From positions 40,672,001-40,736,000 of the forward strand of contig NC_092356.1 of NCBI RefSeq assembly GCF_963676685.1: 64,000 nt of DNA. Reading direction: 5' to 3'. The position numbers were made by a program, and so were the translations under genes. The DNA is from Mytilus edulis (taxonomy: Eukaryota). This document shows, in pieces, positions 37,501 to 51,124 of the stretch (its first letter is position 1; every line of letters begins with the position of its first letter). The notes beneath the pieces were generated by a model. It had not been told where the DNA came from, made no database searches, and saw nothing but the letters and a program-made list of their open reading frames with translations.

Positions 37501-40500
37501 GACATACGGACTGATATTAAGACTACAAGTTTCTTATTTATAGATATAAAAAAAATGTGGTATGAGTGCCAATGAAACAACTATCCATCCAAGTCGTAAT
37601 TTGTAAAAGAAAACCATGATGCATATTAAGTGTATCTGACATTAACTGTTCTACGATATTGTTCTACTGTTCGACAGGCATACCTATATTGTTCAGATCT
37701 ATTCTTTCCAGACCACCAACTATTTAACAAATTATGTCAAACACTAACGGAAGACATTTGTGCTTGTCTAAAAGACATGAAATTGTCAATAGTTACAGCT
37801 GATGGTCTCTAAAAACAGGGTTCAAACAGGGTTTCAATTAAATGCTCGGTAGAATGACGATAATTCTTCTCAGACTTTTCATGTACATTTGCCATCCTAT
37901 TTCCTGTGTCACCCTTTTCAAGATAAACATCTAGGATAAAAATAATAGCAAAACATATAATATCGACTTCTTCTACAACTTTATTAGACTTACTGAACAT
38001 ACTTTTGCTAATTGAGCGTAAAATTACAAATTTGTTAAAAATCTATAGTCACTGTAGTGAGTGATTGCATTATTTATCAGATCAACCAGTCCTCAGGATT
38101 TTGTAACTGTTTGCTTGACGACAATGCATTTACTGGTAGTTCTACTTTTTTTAGTTAGAATTCTTCACAAAGTCCCTTGTAAAGTTCAAAAGCTATTAAA
38201 CATTTGCATACCTTTTATTCACTCTTTTATCATTTTGTCCATATCACCACAACCTATTGATATGTGAATTTTCTTAATATAGCATTTCTGAACAATTTAT
38301 AGAACAAATATACATACGTTATGAATTTACTTTGTATTCAGGTTAAGTGAACGATGCGTACTGTAAACTGTGGATTTATGATAAGTAATCATAGTTAAGG
38401 TCCAGGATTTTCTTATTTGGCGAAATTCTACATCTTCTTTTTTTCGCCTAATACAGGTTGCACTTTTGTTAAAATAGACAATGCAATTTCACATATCGTT
38501 TTGCTTATTTTGTCGCTAGGTTTATATGGTCTTCTTTTTGAAATAAAGTACATGATTGGTTGCTCTGAATCGATTTTCTATACGTTGCTCTTCTATAGAT
38601 ATAGACTGCAATTTCTCATAGGAACTCCATTTACGGATTACACGGTTACACTTCACTATGAAGTTTCGTTTGAAAGTTGATATGAACTATTTTTATATTC
38701 ATAGGTCAAAACATAGGATTATTTGACATATTTTTAACATGTATATGCTCCGAATTTCTTTTAGTTTATACTTATACTAAAATTCTGTACTACCTCACCT
38801 TCCACTTAAAGTGTTCCTCGGAATTCAATTTCACTGCTATATTGCGTATTTATACTGTCGTGTATCAATCCTATGAGTACTAGAGATCTTATTCTGGGAA
38901 ATTGTACGTTAACAAAACAAAATGTCTATGAATATTATTTATCTCCCTAAGATGCAACCAGTAGGCTGTTTTTAAAAACAATTTTAATCCAACGGATTAT
39001 TTTTTTTTACAAATTTCCTTTCAATATAATCAGGGCGTCTGTAAAACAAATATTGATTATTTCAGTGATTCTATAAAATCTATCCAAAATCATGAATGTT
39101 TTCGGGTAAAAATCAGAAAAAAATCTCCCCTTGACTTTAATGCTTTAAATCTATGTTTTGAATTAACCTGATTTACCTTTAGAAATTAGAAGCTTTCGTA
39201 TATCATTCATGAAAGTACAAATATAGCCCTATCTTTTGCAACATTGAAAACATATGATCATTCTGCATTTTTTTTTTGGCATTTACATGGTCTTTTCATC
39301 GGAGTTCAGTATTTTTGTGATTTAACGTTATTATTCGCACTTAATTTCTTCACTGATCAACCTTACTCTTTAATCCTGTAGTAAACAAATTTAGTACATT
39401 CAGCATTTTTTTTTTTTAATTTTATCTCTAGTTTTGATCCATCTATCAAAAAACATTTATCACAAATATTAATTACCAATCAGAAGAGCAGAGGACTTCA
39501 TTTCTTACAGAAAACTCTCCTCTGAATGGGCGGTCCTTGATGACGTATACATATTTACTGAATTTCCCCCTATATATAACCATTTATCAATTCAGTGATT
39601 AAAAAGAGCCTGAACATTTTCCTGATTTTACAAATTCACTGTAAAATATATATCGGGATAAATTTTTGATGAAGCATAATTTTCTTGTGTCATGATTTTA
39701 AGTTTACTTTGCTGTTTAATTGATGTATACACTTCGTTTTAGTCACGTAACAATTGAAAACAACACATTTAATACTTTCTTGCGTCCGAAGCGCTATTCT
39801 GGATTTACCTTCATCAGGAACGCTCAAAGCAAAACATTTGAAATCCGAAGATGTATAAGTACCGAAACCGTTGAAGAGGTATATGACAAAAACACCAAAA
39901 ATAAATAGCCAAATTCATCTAAAGTCAACATTGTCTGAGGGAGTTGAAGCCTTAGTTTCTTAATAATTTCAAAATTTATAAACAGACAATTTAAGAAAAG
40001 TTTGTTAAATCATGTCAATACCGAAGTACCGACTACTGAGCTGATGATCCCCTCGAGGACTGATAGTCCACCAGCAGAGGTATCACCCCAGTGATGTAAA
40101 AAATTGAAAACAACACGTTAAATAATGTCTTGCTTCTGAAGCGGTTTTCTGAATTTACCGTCATCAGGAACGCTCAAAGCCAAACATTTGAAATCCGAAG
40201 ATGTATAAGTACCGAAACCGTTGAAGAGCTATATGACAAAAATACCTAAAATAAATAGCCAAACTCATCTTAAGTCAACTTTGCCTGAGGGAGTTGAAAC
40301 TTAGTTTCTTAATAATTTCAAAATTTATAAACAGACAATTTTAGAAAAGTTTGTTAAATCATGTCAGTACCGAAGTACCGACTACTGAGCTGACGATCCC
40401 CTCGGGGACTGATAGTCCACCAGCAGAGGTATCACCCCAGTGATGTAAAAAAAAATTGAAAACAACACGTTAAATAATTTCTTGCGTCTGAAGCGGTTTT

Positions 40501-43500
40501 CTGGATTTACCGTCATCAGGAACGCTCAAACCCAAACGTTTGAAATTTGACGATGTATAAGTACCGAAACCGTTGAAGAGCTATATGACAAAAATACCTA
40601 AAATAAATAGCCAAATTCATCTAAAGTCAACTTTGCCTGAGGGAGTTGAAACTTAGTTTCTTAATAATTTCAAAATTTATAAACAGACAATTTTAGAAAA
40701 GTTTGTTAAATCATGTCAGTACCGAAGTACCGACTACTGAGCTGATGATCCCCTCGGGGACTCATAGTCCACCAGCAGAGGTATCGACCCAGTGATTTGA
40801 AAAATTGAAAACAACACGTTAAATAATGTCTTGCGTCCGAAGCGGTTTTCTGGATTTAGCTTCATCAGGAACGCTAAAAGCCAAACTATTTGTTGATATT
40901 ATTTGCTCAAAAAGCTTCAAAAGAAACAAGTTAGAAAATATGATTCCATTGTTTTTTGAATTTGATAGAAAGAGATTTAAAAGGTCGCCAAGTATTGAGA
41001 GATTTCAATGCTTATACAGGAGATTGATTATTTCTAATTGATTAAGGCCTTTAAATCCCACATTTTAGGTCATCAATAAGGTACCGAGCTCAATTATACT
41101 TTAATAAGAAGCTAGCACAGCTGAAGTTATGGGGTTAATGGCGTTTATTAGAAAGAAAATGCAAACATTAACATTTTATGACTATGTTCTCAACAAAACA
41201 AAATCATGCTAACTCTATTCTGTTGTATTTGGAGTCATAAGTTTTAGTCAAAAAGACATATTTTTCCAATTTTTATATTATATTATAGAAAATTAGGCTT
41301 GTTTTCTTGTTAGAATTGTTTTACATTGTCTTATCGGGGCCTTTTACAGTTGACTATGAGGTATGGGCTTTGTTCATTGTTGAAGGTCGTACGGTGACCT
41401 ATAGTTGTCTGTGTCATTTTGGTCTCTTGTGGACAGTTGTCTCATTGGCAATCATACCACATCTTCTTTTTTATATTATGTCAGAAGTAGCAAAAGTAGT
41501 GTCAATAAAGTAATGGCATTGGAAGTTAAAATTGTAGTAAATAGTTTGTACCCAGTAAAATACTGTATTATAAAACGTTCATCTATTTTGTATGAGAAAG
41601 AATGGCAAAAGGTAAAATCATAAAAAAAATGAATTCCGAGGAAAATTCGAAAAGGAAAGTCCCTACTCAAATGGCAAAATCAAAAGCTTAAACACATCAA
41701 ACGAATGGACAACAACAACAATTTAGAATTATATTGATGTAGCATTATTCATTATCTGATATTTTTCTAGGTTACAGAACATAAACAAGCATTAGCAGCT
41801 GAAGAAAAGGGTGAACCGTACGTTCAGGTTATTGACACTACAAGGGAGAAAGTAATCTCCTGCTTGAAGGCAGACAAGGATGTCCTTGAAAATTCCCTAT
41901 ATGAGGTTAAAGAACAAGCTCGCCAGTTGGAAGTCCGCAATGAACAGTTGATTGGAGAAAACCAAGATTTGATCATCGGGAAAGAAAACTTACAAGGTAA
42001 ACATGTAATGTATAAAATTTATCGTTAAATTGTGCAAATTGTACCGAAAGAAAGGTATTAACTAGGAGATACCAAGACTAGTCACTTTGAGCATCTCAGT
42101 ACATTTGTGATTCTGTGCATGGAATGGAAGAAATGGGTCATGTCAAAATGCAATGCACCGCTTTTGTCTTTGTTTTTCTGAATATTGTCCAACGAAAGAA
42201 ATTCTATATATTTGTTATTGTAAAAAAAATTTAAAACCTCTCATGTTAAAATTTATTTTAAACAGGCACCTTTCGGAATAGGTAGTACACCTTTTTCCAA
42301 AGCAAAACGTATACTATATTGCACTTATCTTCGAACTAAGTTCAAATATAACATTTAAACGTTATAGCTTGTACTTACATTAATTCTTTTATAAAATTGT
42401 TATGTTTATAGAAAAGAATATTGTCCAACGAAAGAAATTCGAAAAATTTGTTATCGTTAAAATAATAAAAACCTCTCATGTTAAAATTTATTTTAAACAG
42501 GCACCTTTCGCAATAGGTAGTACACCTTTTCCCAAAGCAAAACGTATACTATATTGCACTTATCTTCGAACTAAGTTCAAATATAACATTGAAACGTTAT
42601 AGCTTGTACTTATATTACTTCTTTTATAAAATTGTTATGTTTATAGAAAAGAAGATGTGATATTTGACAGAAATTTAAAATTTTAGGTCACCGCACAGGT
42701 TGAACATTGAGTAAACCCATACCGCAAAGTCAGCTATAAAAGGCCCCGAAATGACAAATGCAAAAACAATTACAACGAGAATACTAACGGCCTAACTTAT
42801 TTACAAATGAATGAAAAAAACAAATAAGTAACACAGCAACAAACAACAACTTCAGGCGGCACTGAATAACATGCTCCTGACTTGGAACATTAATACATAA
42901 TCCTTTAAAAAAATGACATAAGATTGTGGATTTGATTTAAAGTTACTCAGTAATTGTCATCTTTCCAATTTTCAAGATTAACATAAGCAGTAAGAATTCT
43001 ATTGCATACAAATATTTTACAATTTTATGGTGATGAGAAAATAAGAATATCAAATATGGGAGAATTTCAAGTCAAAATATGCTAACTGACTTAAAGTTTT
43101 CCTAAATTTCAGTCGAAATCACACGTTTACGCGAAAATAAAGACAATGAAAAAGTGTTGTTTGATTTAAAATTTGAGAATCTGAATCTTCGTTTGGCACA
43201 ACTGGAGAGTAACAAGCAGATGGCCATTACACAGGAGAAACAAGTTCATAAAGATGCTGTCGATCGTCTCAGTAAAGAAATGGTAAGTGGTACTGATTCC
43301 AAATACAGTTAAAATAAACAATACATCTTAAAGATATCGTACATCTCATAAAATTACACAAGTAAAGACTATAGAGAACTGCATACATTATAAAATTTTG
43401 ACAAGATTAATCTGAAAAATTAGAGTAAGCACATACTACACGAACACACAAGTCATTCTTGCTATTATATCTTCTGGGTCACTTTAATTCGTCTAAATTA

Positions 43501-46500
43501 AAATATTTAGCAAATCTGAGGTCTTATTTATACATTTTCAGTGAATATGTATTCATATTAATTCTAAACATGTTAGTAAAGATGAATAATTATAAAGAGT
43601 TGATTTACTTTAATGTGATGAAATTGTCTTGATCCTTACACTACAAAAGTCAAAAAGTCTGAAAAGACCCAGTGTTTTGTCTGAATTTGCATGAATTTTT
43701 ACTTGTCATTCTTTATTTGTCTGAATAATTTCAAGAAATTCTTCACATAGTATGAATTTGTCTAATAAGGTTCTTGACAAGTGTTTTGACAGTATGAACA
43801 TTGTCTAAACATTTCTCGACACTTCTGTATAATCTGATAAGAATCTTGATTATTATAATCTCGACCAATTATTGACTGTCTTAAATTTGTCTCGATCAGT
43901 CTTGATATATTCTATACATTCTTAATAAGGTCTAATTATTGTCTGAATATGTCTTGACACATTTTTGACAGTTTTATTACTGTCTGAATATATCTCGACA
44001 CTTCTGTATCATGTGATAAGAGTCTGGATTACAGTCTCGACACATTCTTGACAGTCTTAAATACGTCTTGACACTATCTCAACAGTATAAATTTCGCCTG
44101 AAATGTGTACACACTCATTCTGCACTAATTATGACTTTCTTTTGCTGTTATATACACATTTTTATAAGGGCTAAACTTGAATGATAAAGTATTAATTTTG
44201 TATAGTAAGATACTCTTTGGGTGCAATTAAGTTGGAATACCCTGATTACCCCCTCCCCTTTTTGTAGTTTAATTTTGATTAATTTTTATTACACGTTTAA
44301 TTTATTGTGTTCGCGTTGAATATATATCAAAGTTACTGACAAAAAGCATTTAGATTTTTGCCGTTCACAAAACTGCCAGTCAAATTTGCTTTACTTAAAT
44401 AGGTGACTTGAAGCAGTTGCAAAATGTGACAATTTGTCTTTTTTTAACCTGCAGTTAATCTTTTGCGTTTGTGTGACTACAAAAGAGGGGGCTTTCGTTT
44501 AGGTCAAAGAATTTGTTCCTATCTTGATTCAAAATTATTCATTATTTAAAACAACCAAAAACATTTTTTTATCCAAAATTGAGTGTTGAATTTCATATTT
44601 TGTTTTATCAAAAATACATATTAGTGATAACTCCCTCCTGAAAAGAAAAAAAATGTTTAGAGCTATATTATGCATGTCTGTTTGAGATCTATTTCATAAG
44701 ACCAATGATTTCTTTATGATGGGACCCATTATAAATACAGATTTTTTTATTATTATTCCTTGAGTAGATAATAATATTCTTTTAATCTTTGGGACATTAT
44801 TCAATTTGTTTTTATTTTAGAATAATAAACTTCATAATTTTGATGAAGAAAAATCCATTTTAATCCATTTTTTCAATTAAAATGATAATTTTTATTTTCA
44901 TCTACATGTCTAACAAACTTTTTAAATTTTAGTGCAGTCGGTTAACTGATAAGTTGTTTGTCTGATTAAAGCTAAAGCAGAAATTTGTTCATATAACAAT
45001 TGGTTGTACCATGTGGTGTATATAGTGGAGCGGCGGAGAAGACAATTTTTAAAACTATATAATCTAAGTTATCACCCCTGATAAACCAAAGTTCTTAATT
45101 TTCGAATAAATGGTTGTGTTTTATTTTCACAACACAATAATGCTACCATTTCAAAGATGAAATACCAAAAAGTGTATATTTTTAAATGAAAAGTGTTTCT
45201 GAACAAAATTCAATTTTGTATCAAATTTGATTATCTAATGTTACAGGAACGTATCCAACAGTTACAGAGGGCAGTCACCAGCAGTGAACGTGATCGTAAT
45301 GTACTACAAGAAAGATTAGATTCCACTAGGTATGTCAGTAATTAACATGTAAAACAATTTTAGAAACTAGAAGTTTTAGGGTCAGATACTCTTAATTTTT
45401 CAACTCAAGAGAAAGAAATGTTGTGGACGACTAAAGGTTAGAAGGTCTATGTCTGATGTCTGAAAAACTGGTCCACCATGGTCATATAATTGATTGATCA
45501 GTCCAGTGGCATAAATATATTTTCCTGAAAAGACCTCATTCATATACTGTAAATTCAGAAATTATTGCGATTCTGTCAATTAAGTTTAAAATGCGTTTTT
45601 AATTTTAGCGACATTAAGAAAAATCCTGTTTAGTTCATGTGAAATATTTCAAAATGCGAGTTTCAATTATTGCGATTATAATCCTGTCACATTTTTCGCA
45701 ATAATAAAAACCTCCCAATAATTTCTGAATGTTATTTCTTCAAATGTTATATAAGTACTTAATAAATGTTTTTAGCGTAAGTAATCAGATATGTTTATGA
45801 TATTAATGAAATAAATGAGGACTAACCTAAATCTCTCTATTATTTCAGACAAGCTTTGAATGATGCCAAGAAACAAAATTACGACCTCCTTGAACGTGTA
45901 CAGACATTACAGAATGACTGTTCTGAAAGTGAAGTCAGAAGGGCAGAGGTTGAAGGTCAACTCCGTCAGAATCACGGTGTAAGTTTATATAGAACGGTTT
46001 AGCTTTAACTTGATAGAATTGAGCCAAACTAAACTGAATTTATAATATGCATTATGTTAGACAGTAAATTGTTTAAGGCGCAATCTGTTCGTTTCTTTGA
46101 AATCAATGTTTCTAAATATGATTCTTCAAAATGCTGGCTTAAATGTTTTGAAGCCATATGGCAACTGATGTTTTGGAAAAAACTATAAAAAAAAACTTTA
46201 TTTGTTTCAGCGATTAACTTCTAAAAAAAGAAAAGTGATATCACTAATGGCAATTTAAAGAATTAAATTAAAGTTTATACATATTTTGATAAATTCCTAC
46301 GGTCTGTATTTTCCCAGGTTTTCATGTTTATATGTTAAGGTCAGCTTGTCAGCTTGTCAGTTTGTTTTAATTAAGAGATTAAGGGATAGGTATTAGATCA
46401 TAGATAGGAAACAGTATGATGACAGTATGGGTGTTATCAGAGAAACATCTGTATATAATTTTGATAGGATGGTCAGTTGTTGTTTGAGCATTGCACCGTA

Positions 46501-49500
46501 AGCAGTCATATTTTTACTTGTTGAAAATTAATTCAGCCCACCCACCGTTCCCCAGCTACACCTTAAATTAATGTTAATTATTTTTCATTATTTTTTTTAA
46601 AAGGGGCTACTCATAACAATGTGTGATTTTTTTTTGTTTTTTGTTTGTTTTTAAGGTAGCACAATACAAAGATTTTTCATCCCCAATCAGACACCTTTAA
46701 ACTGATGTAATTCCACTCATCTTCCTTTAAATTTTATAAATGAGGTACCAAAAGAAAGAAGAAGAAGGATTAATCTTTCAAATGGTGATAATTTTATTAT
46801 GACATAATTATTACATAATTAATTGTTATGTAATAAGTTGCCATATTGTGATGCCCATACTTGAATGAATTTAGCTTCTTTGTTATTCATAGCATCCCAA
46901 AATATTTTATAGATTCTTGCACAACACAGTTTGACCTCAAAAACTGTGTCTCAGATTTTTCCTATTGCATTTCATTCTCTCATAAATCTTCAATGAAGTT
47001 TACAACATCAATTCATACGAGACCACTAAATTCAATTGGGTATAAAATTTGTTCTATTGAAGTTTTTGAAAATCTGAGACATAGTTTTGGAGGTCAAGCT
47101 GTGTTGTACAAGAATCTATAAAATCTTTCTTCTTTCTTTTGGTACCTCATTTATAAAATATAAAGAAGGAATAAATGAATTACATCAGTTTAAAGTTGTC
47201 TGATTGGGAGTGAAAAAATCTTTGTATTGTGCTACCTTAATTTGTGATTTTTGTTTGTTTTGCCAACTTAATTTCAGAGAAATTTTTTCCCCCAATTCAT
47301 TAATACATCTTATAAATATTTAAGGCTTTGTTTTATTTAAGGGTGATAATTAAGTTAGTTTTTGTACCTGTTGGGATCTACCGCAGGAATTCTCATTTTT
47401 TCAAAATTTATACCTGTCTGGGTTTTACCAGTCAGATTCTAATAGTACCTGTTGGGATCTACCGCAGGAATTCTCATTGTTCAAAATTTATACCTATCTC
47501 AGGGTTCTACCAGTCAGGTTCTAAAAGTACCTGTTGGGATCTACCGCAGGAATTCTCATTTTTCAAAATTCATACTTGTCTGGGCTCTACCACACAGGTT
47601 CTAAAAGTACCTGTTGGGATCTACCGCAGGAATTCTCATTTTTCAACATTCATACTTGTCTGGGCTCTACTACTCAGGTTCTAAAAGTACCTGTTGGGAT
47701 CTACCGCAGGAATTCTCATTTTCAAAATTCATACTTGTCTGGGCTCTACCACTCAAGTTCTAAAAGTACCTGTTGGGATCTACCGCAGGTTTTCTCATTT
47801 TTCAAATTTATACCTGTCTGGGCTCTACCAGTCAGGTTCTAAAATAAATTTTTCAACTGTTCTTAAAATTGCATAATTTAGGTAATTTATTTTTATTAAA
47901 ATGATGTTGAGTAGGTAGTGTTTTTTTATTTGGTTATTTTGATTAGTATTATTGTAAGTTTTAATGAGTAGCCCCCTAGAAAGCCAAATGATATATTTAT
48001 TATTATTTTCATATGTATTCAATGTAATAGTTTTAATTGTTAGTGAATATGATACTAGTATACTGTGTATACAATTGTGTCTTAGTTTATTAGTTTGTTA
48101 ATAAATTAGAATAGTTTATTATAAAGTTTTGCGTATGATATCAAAATATCCATTATGGCAGAATAAGTGTTCTATTCAAGTAGAACATTTCCCTTTCTAC
48201 TCTTAGTATCTATATTAGTATAGATAATTGTGGTATGATACATGAGACTTGTTTTTGTCTATAAGGAGACATCTATTGTTCAATGTGGTATGGTATATGA
48301 GACTAGTTATTGTCTATTGGACACTTCTACTGTTTCAATGTGGTATGGTATATGAGACTTGTAAGGTTTTATTAGGAGACATCTATTGTTCTATGTGATA
48401 TGGTATATGAGACTTGTTGGTGTTATAAGGAGACATCTACGGTTCTGATAGTAATAGGTATAAAGATCTGAATATCTGTTATCAAACAAATTTTGCCAAT
48501 TGGAGAGACAACAGATTTATGCCATTTTGGACTTTATATGGGATTCAACATATATCAATTAGGATTGAATACAAAGTATATAACATGAAAAAAGATAATG
48601 TGTTATTTACTACTGTTTAGATTATTACTTTCTCTTGCATTATCAAGGAGTTATCTCCACTTAAAAGTATATTGTAAAAGTATGTTTTGACCCATTCACA
48701 TTATCTTTGCAGAATCTTCCCTATGATCTATACCACTAATACATATGACTTATTTTTAACCTAAGGTACTGGTAAAGAGAACAGAAACTGAACAAGAGCT
48801 GAACCAGATGGTACAGAAACTAACCCAAGATAAACAAAACATGCAGGACCATATCTCAAATATATCTCGTAATCTGTCAACTGTCGAGACACAGAAATCA
48901 GAGATGGAGAGAACATACAACAGACTGGAGAAAGATAAATCTGCTCTCAGGAAAGCTTTAGATAAGGTCAGTAATATAGCAAGGAGAAAGATAAATCTGC
49001 TCTCGGGGAAACTTTGAAGCTCCTGAGAAAAAAATTGATTTACTTGAACTAATGGTTTTTGAATTAGGTGATGTCTTGGAGACCTCTGCTAATACACCTA
49101 GGTATGAACCTTTATGACTGACTGTTTTCACTTTTTCCATTGTGTTGTCTGTATAGTCAGTTTAAAATAACTCTGTTGAATTTGTATGCACCTGCCACAG
49201 CAAAAACAGGGTAATAAAATTTACCCTTGTCTGTTTGTCTGTCTGTCCGTACATCCTGAAATTGGTTTCCCTCATCTAACTTTAGTTTACCTCAACCAAA
49301 TCTTATGAAACTTATACATAATGCTTTAATATTACCATTAAACACCGATCAAACTTGAATTTCCATGGCATCACTTATACTGTTTTACTATTATGCCCCT
49401 TTACAAATGACAAAAAAATGCTGAAGTTTATGTTTTCCTTTCCTAACTTAATTTGGCCTCATCAAAATGTTATGAAACTTATACAGAATTCTTTATTATC

Positions 49501-51124
49501 ACAAAACTCAGATCAAGTACATATTTTGGTAGCGTCACTGTTACTATTCTTGAGTTGTGTCCCTCTATAATTTTATGCACTTGTGGGCATCATCTATGTC
49601 CCATGGACATATTCCCAAGTTATTTTTATTTCATATAAGTGTGAATTCATTGCTTTAGTTAAGCATTTACTTTCTTTTGCAGAATTTGTTTAATTTTGAT
49701 GACTTAAAATGTTTTTAGGTTGCACGTGAAAAACTTAAGACAGAAGATATCGTTAACACTTCACTGGTGGAAAAGGGATCCTTGGATAGATCATTGGCTC
49801 GTCTGGAAGAAGATAACTCTGATGTCAATAAACAAGTACAACAACTTCAGGCACAGTTAGCAGAGGCTGAGCAACAACATGCTCAGAGGTAAGGACTTTG
49901 TCTAATATTTTCAGGTTCAGTTAACCAATTCCCAGCAACATTATTTTAACAGTAAATGCATTGATGTGTATGCAAAGGCACCTACATTTAAAAAAAAATA
50001 ATCTGTAAGGAGTGAAAGTTTACTTCTTATGCTATAGAAAGAAATTTTCATGTTAGAATTATTGCATTGAAAAACAAATCTCTAACTTTAACCATAACCC
50101 GTTTGGAAAAAAATAGCAGTGAATAAAGTATGTTTCCTTTACATGCATTTGTAACCAAAACATGGAGACATGGTTTATACACGAAATTTAATAACATTTT
50201 TTTTTAAATACATGTTATGATAAGTACATTGAAATAATTTTTCACTTTTAGGTTGATAGATGTTACCACAAGACATAGAGCTGAAACAGAGATAGAGATA
50301 GGGAGACTCCGAACTGCTCAGATGCAAGCTGAAAGAATGCTTGAAACAAGAGAGAGATCAAATAGAACTAAAATCAAGGGTCTTGAAGAAACAGTATGTA
50401 CTTGTTTTTATTAATGATAAAGGGGGATTGGGAAAAAGACTTAATTCCAATCAGAACCTAGGATAAAAGTACAGTAAATTTTTAAACACTAAAACTACAT
50501 TGTGATATATAGTTGTTGGGAACAAAATGAAATTATCATTCAAGAAAGTCAATAACATGGTATATCACCTCAAGAAAATAAATCAACATTTTTTTTTAAA
50601 TGTGACATTATATATTTCATGTATTCACCCTTGTAAATTATTACGTTTTCTTTCAAATTTTTGGTAAATCAATTTGTTAATTGTTCACCTAGCCTGTATA
50701 TTTAGGTTGTCCTTTACTTAAAGTGTTAAGCATTTTATTGAAGCACTTTTAATTATACTAATATTCTAAATGTTTATTTTAGGTTGCCACATTGAAAGAC
50801 CAACTGTCAACTGAAACGAAGAAACGTCAGCTCTATATTTCACGTAGTGCCTGTACAGGTGATAAAATTCGTAATATACGATCTATTCTGGAATCTTCAT
50901 TATCAAATGTCACACGTGACCAGTCTCTTGATCCGCTCATCATGGAGACAGAAACCAGGAAACTAGACGAATCTTTGGAATTCCGTGGAAGTTACAGATC
51001 ACAACCAAGACGAAGAACAAGTCCAAATCGTACACCAATGAAATATTCTGATAGGTTGACATCAACACCTGCCATGCGTCGAACCCAGAGCCCCATAGCA
51101 CTGCGTAAAAAACTATTGAAATAA
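34574..51124 (+). CDS. CROCC-like: Rootletin (CROCC)-like coiled-coil protein, shortened. Exons 34574-34698, 35992-36113, 41771-41996, 43113-43282, 45247-45329, 45849-45978, 48766-48966, 49719-49888, 50252-50393, 50783-51124
   Basis: All introns are GT-AG with matching phases and there are no internal stops. Peptides align by eye with rootletin: 'LKADKDVLENSLYEVKEQARQLEVRNEQLIGENQDL', 'ERIQQLQRAVTSSERDRNVLQERLDSTRQAL', 'RLEKDKSALRKALDKVAREKL', 'RLRTAQMQAERMLETRERSNRTKIKGLEETVATLKDQL'. Confidence 0.85.
35224..35373. repeat. Fold-back palindrome / MITE
   Basis: Arms taaggattaaacacattttttctagaagttattgatgtgtaaacc / ggtttacacatcaataacctctagaaaaaatgtgtttaatcctta. Confidence 0.8.
36340..37225. mobile_element. 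Non-autonomous DNA transposon with long degenerate inverted ends and internal 'aatctatggca' repeats
   Basis: 36375-36445 is approximately the reverse complement of 37118-37188. Confidence 0.5.
39752..40890 (-). mobile_element. Retrozyme-type tandem array, family B: ~3.25 units of 349-352 bp
   Basis: Units start at aattgaaaacaacac 39752, 40102, 40454 and 40803. Confidence 0.9.
39782..39823 (-). ncRNA. Type I hammerhead motif, family B (further copies ~40132-40173, 40484-40525, 40833-40874), each with lesions
   Basis: Minus-strand consensus: gcguuc-CUGAUGA-a gg uaaau cc a-GAAA-agcgcu-UC^-ggacgc. Confidence 0.8.
41290..41475 (-). repeat. SINE-like repeat ('gatgtggtatgattgccaatgagacaac...ggtcaccgtacggccttcaac'); other copies 22455-22800, 29075-29580, 37545-37610, 42650-42900
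   Basis: Direct sequence recurrence. Confidence 0.8.
42180..42652 (+). repeat. Intronic tandem duplication, 2 x ~236 bp
   Basis: gaatattgtccaacgaaagaaattc starts at 42180 and 42416; the units are highly similar. Confidence 0.9.
45545..45735. mobile_element. MITE
   Basis: tactgtaaattcagaaattattg ... caataatttctgaat. Confidence 0.55.
46655..47236. mobile_element. Kolobok-like MITE with TTAA TSD
   Basis: TTAA at 46651-46654 and 47237-47240. Termini GGTAGCACAATACAAAGATTTTT / AAAAATCTTTGTATTGTGCTACC, ~115-bp imperfect TIRs. Purine termini favour Kolobok over piggyBac. Confidence 0.8.
47364..47845 (+). repeat. Minisatellite, 6 units of 79-82 bp
   Basis: gtacctgttgggatctaccgcagg starts at 47364, 47445, 47527, 47607, 47687 and 47766. 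Confidence 0.95.
48228..48445 (+). repeat. Degenerate ~55-bp minisatellite, about 4 units
   Basis: Recurring 'tgtggtatggtatatgagactt...ggagacatcta'. Confidence 0.75.
49185..49621 (+). mobile_element. Helentron-associated (HINE/DINE-like) repeat
   Basis: (GTCT)n microsatellite near the 5' end, internal tandem subunits and a terminal short palindrome 'atgtcccatggacat'. Confidence 0.45.

Noticed and set aside
47364-47845. CRISPR-like periodicity and ORFs 47328-47684, 47534-47842, 47694-47876
   Set aside because: Whole 80-bp units repeat with no unique spacers, there are no cas genes, and it lies in a eukaryotic intron. The ORFs are repeat artefacts.
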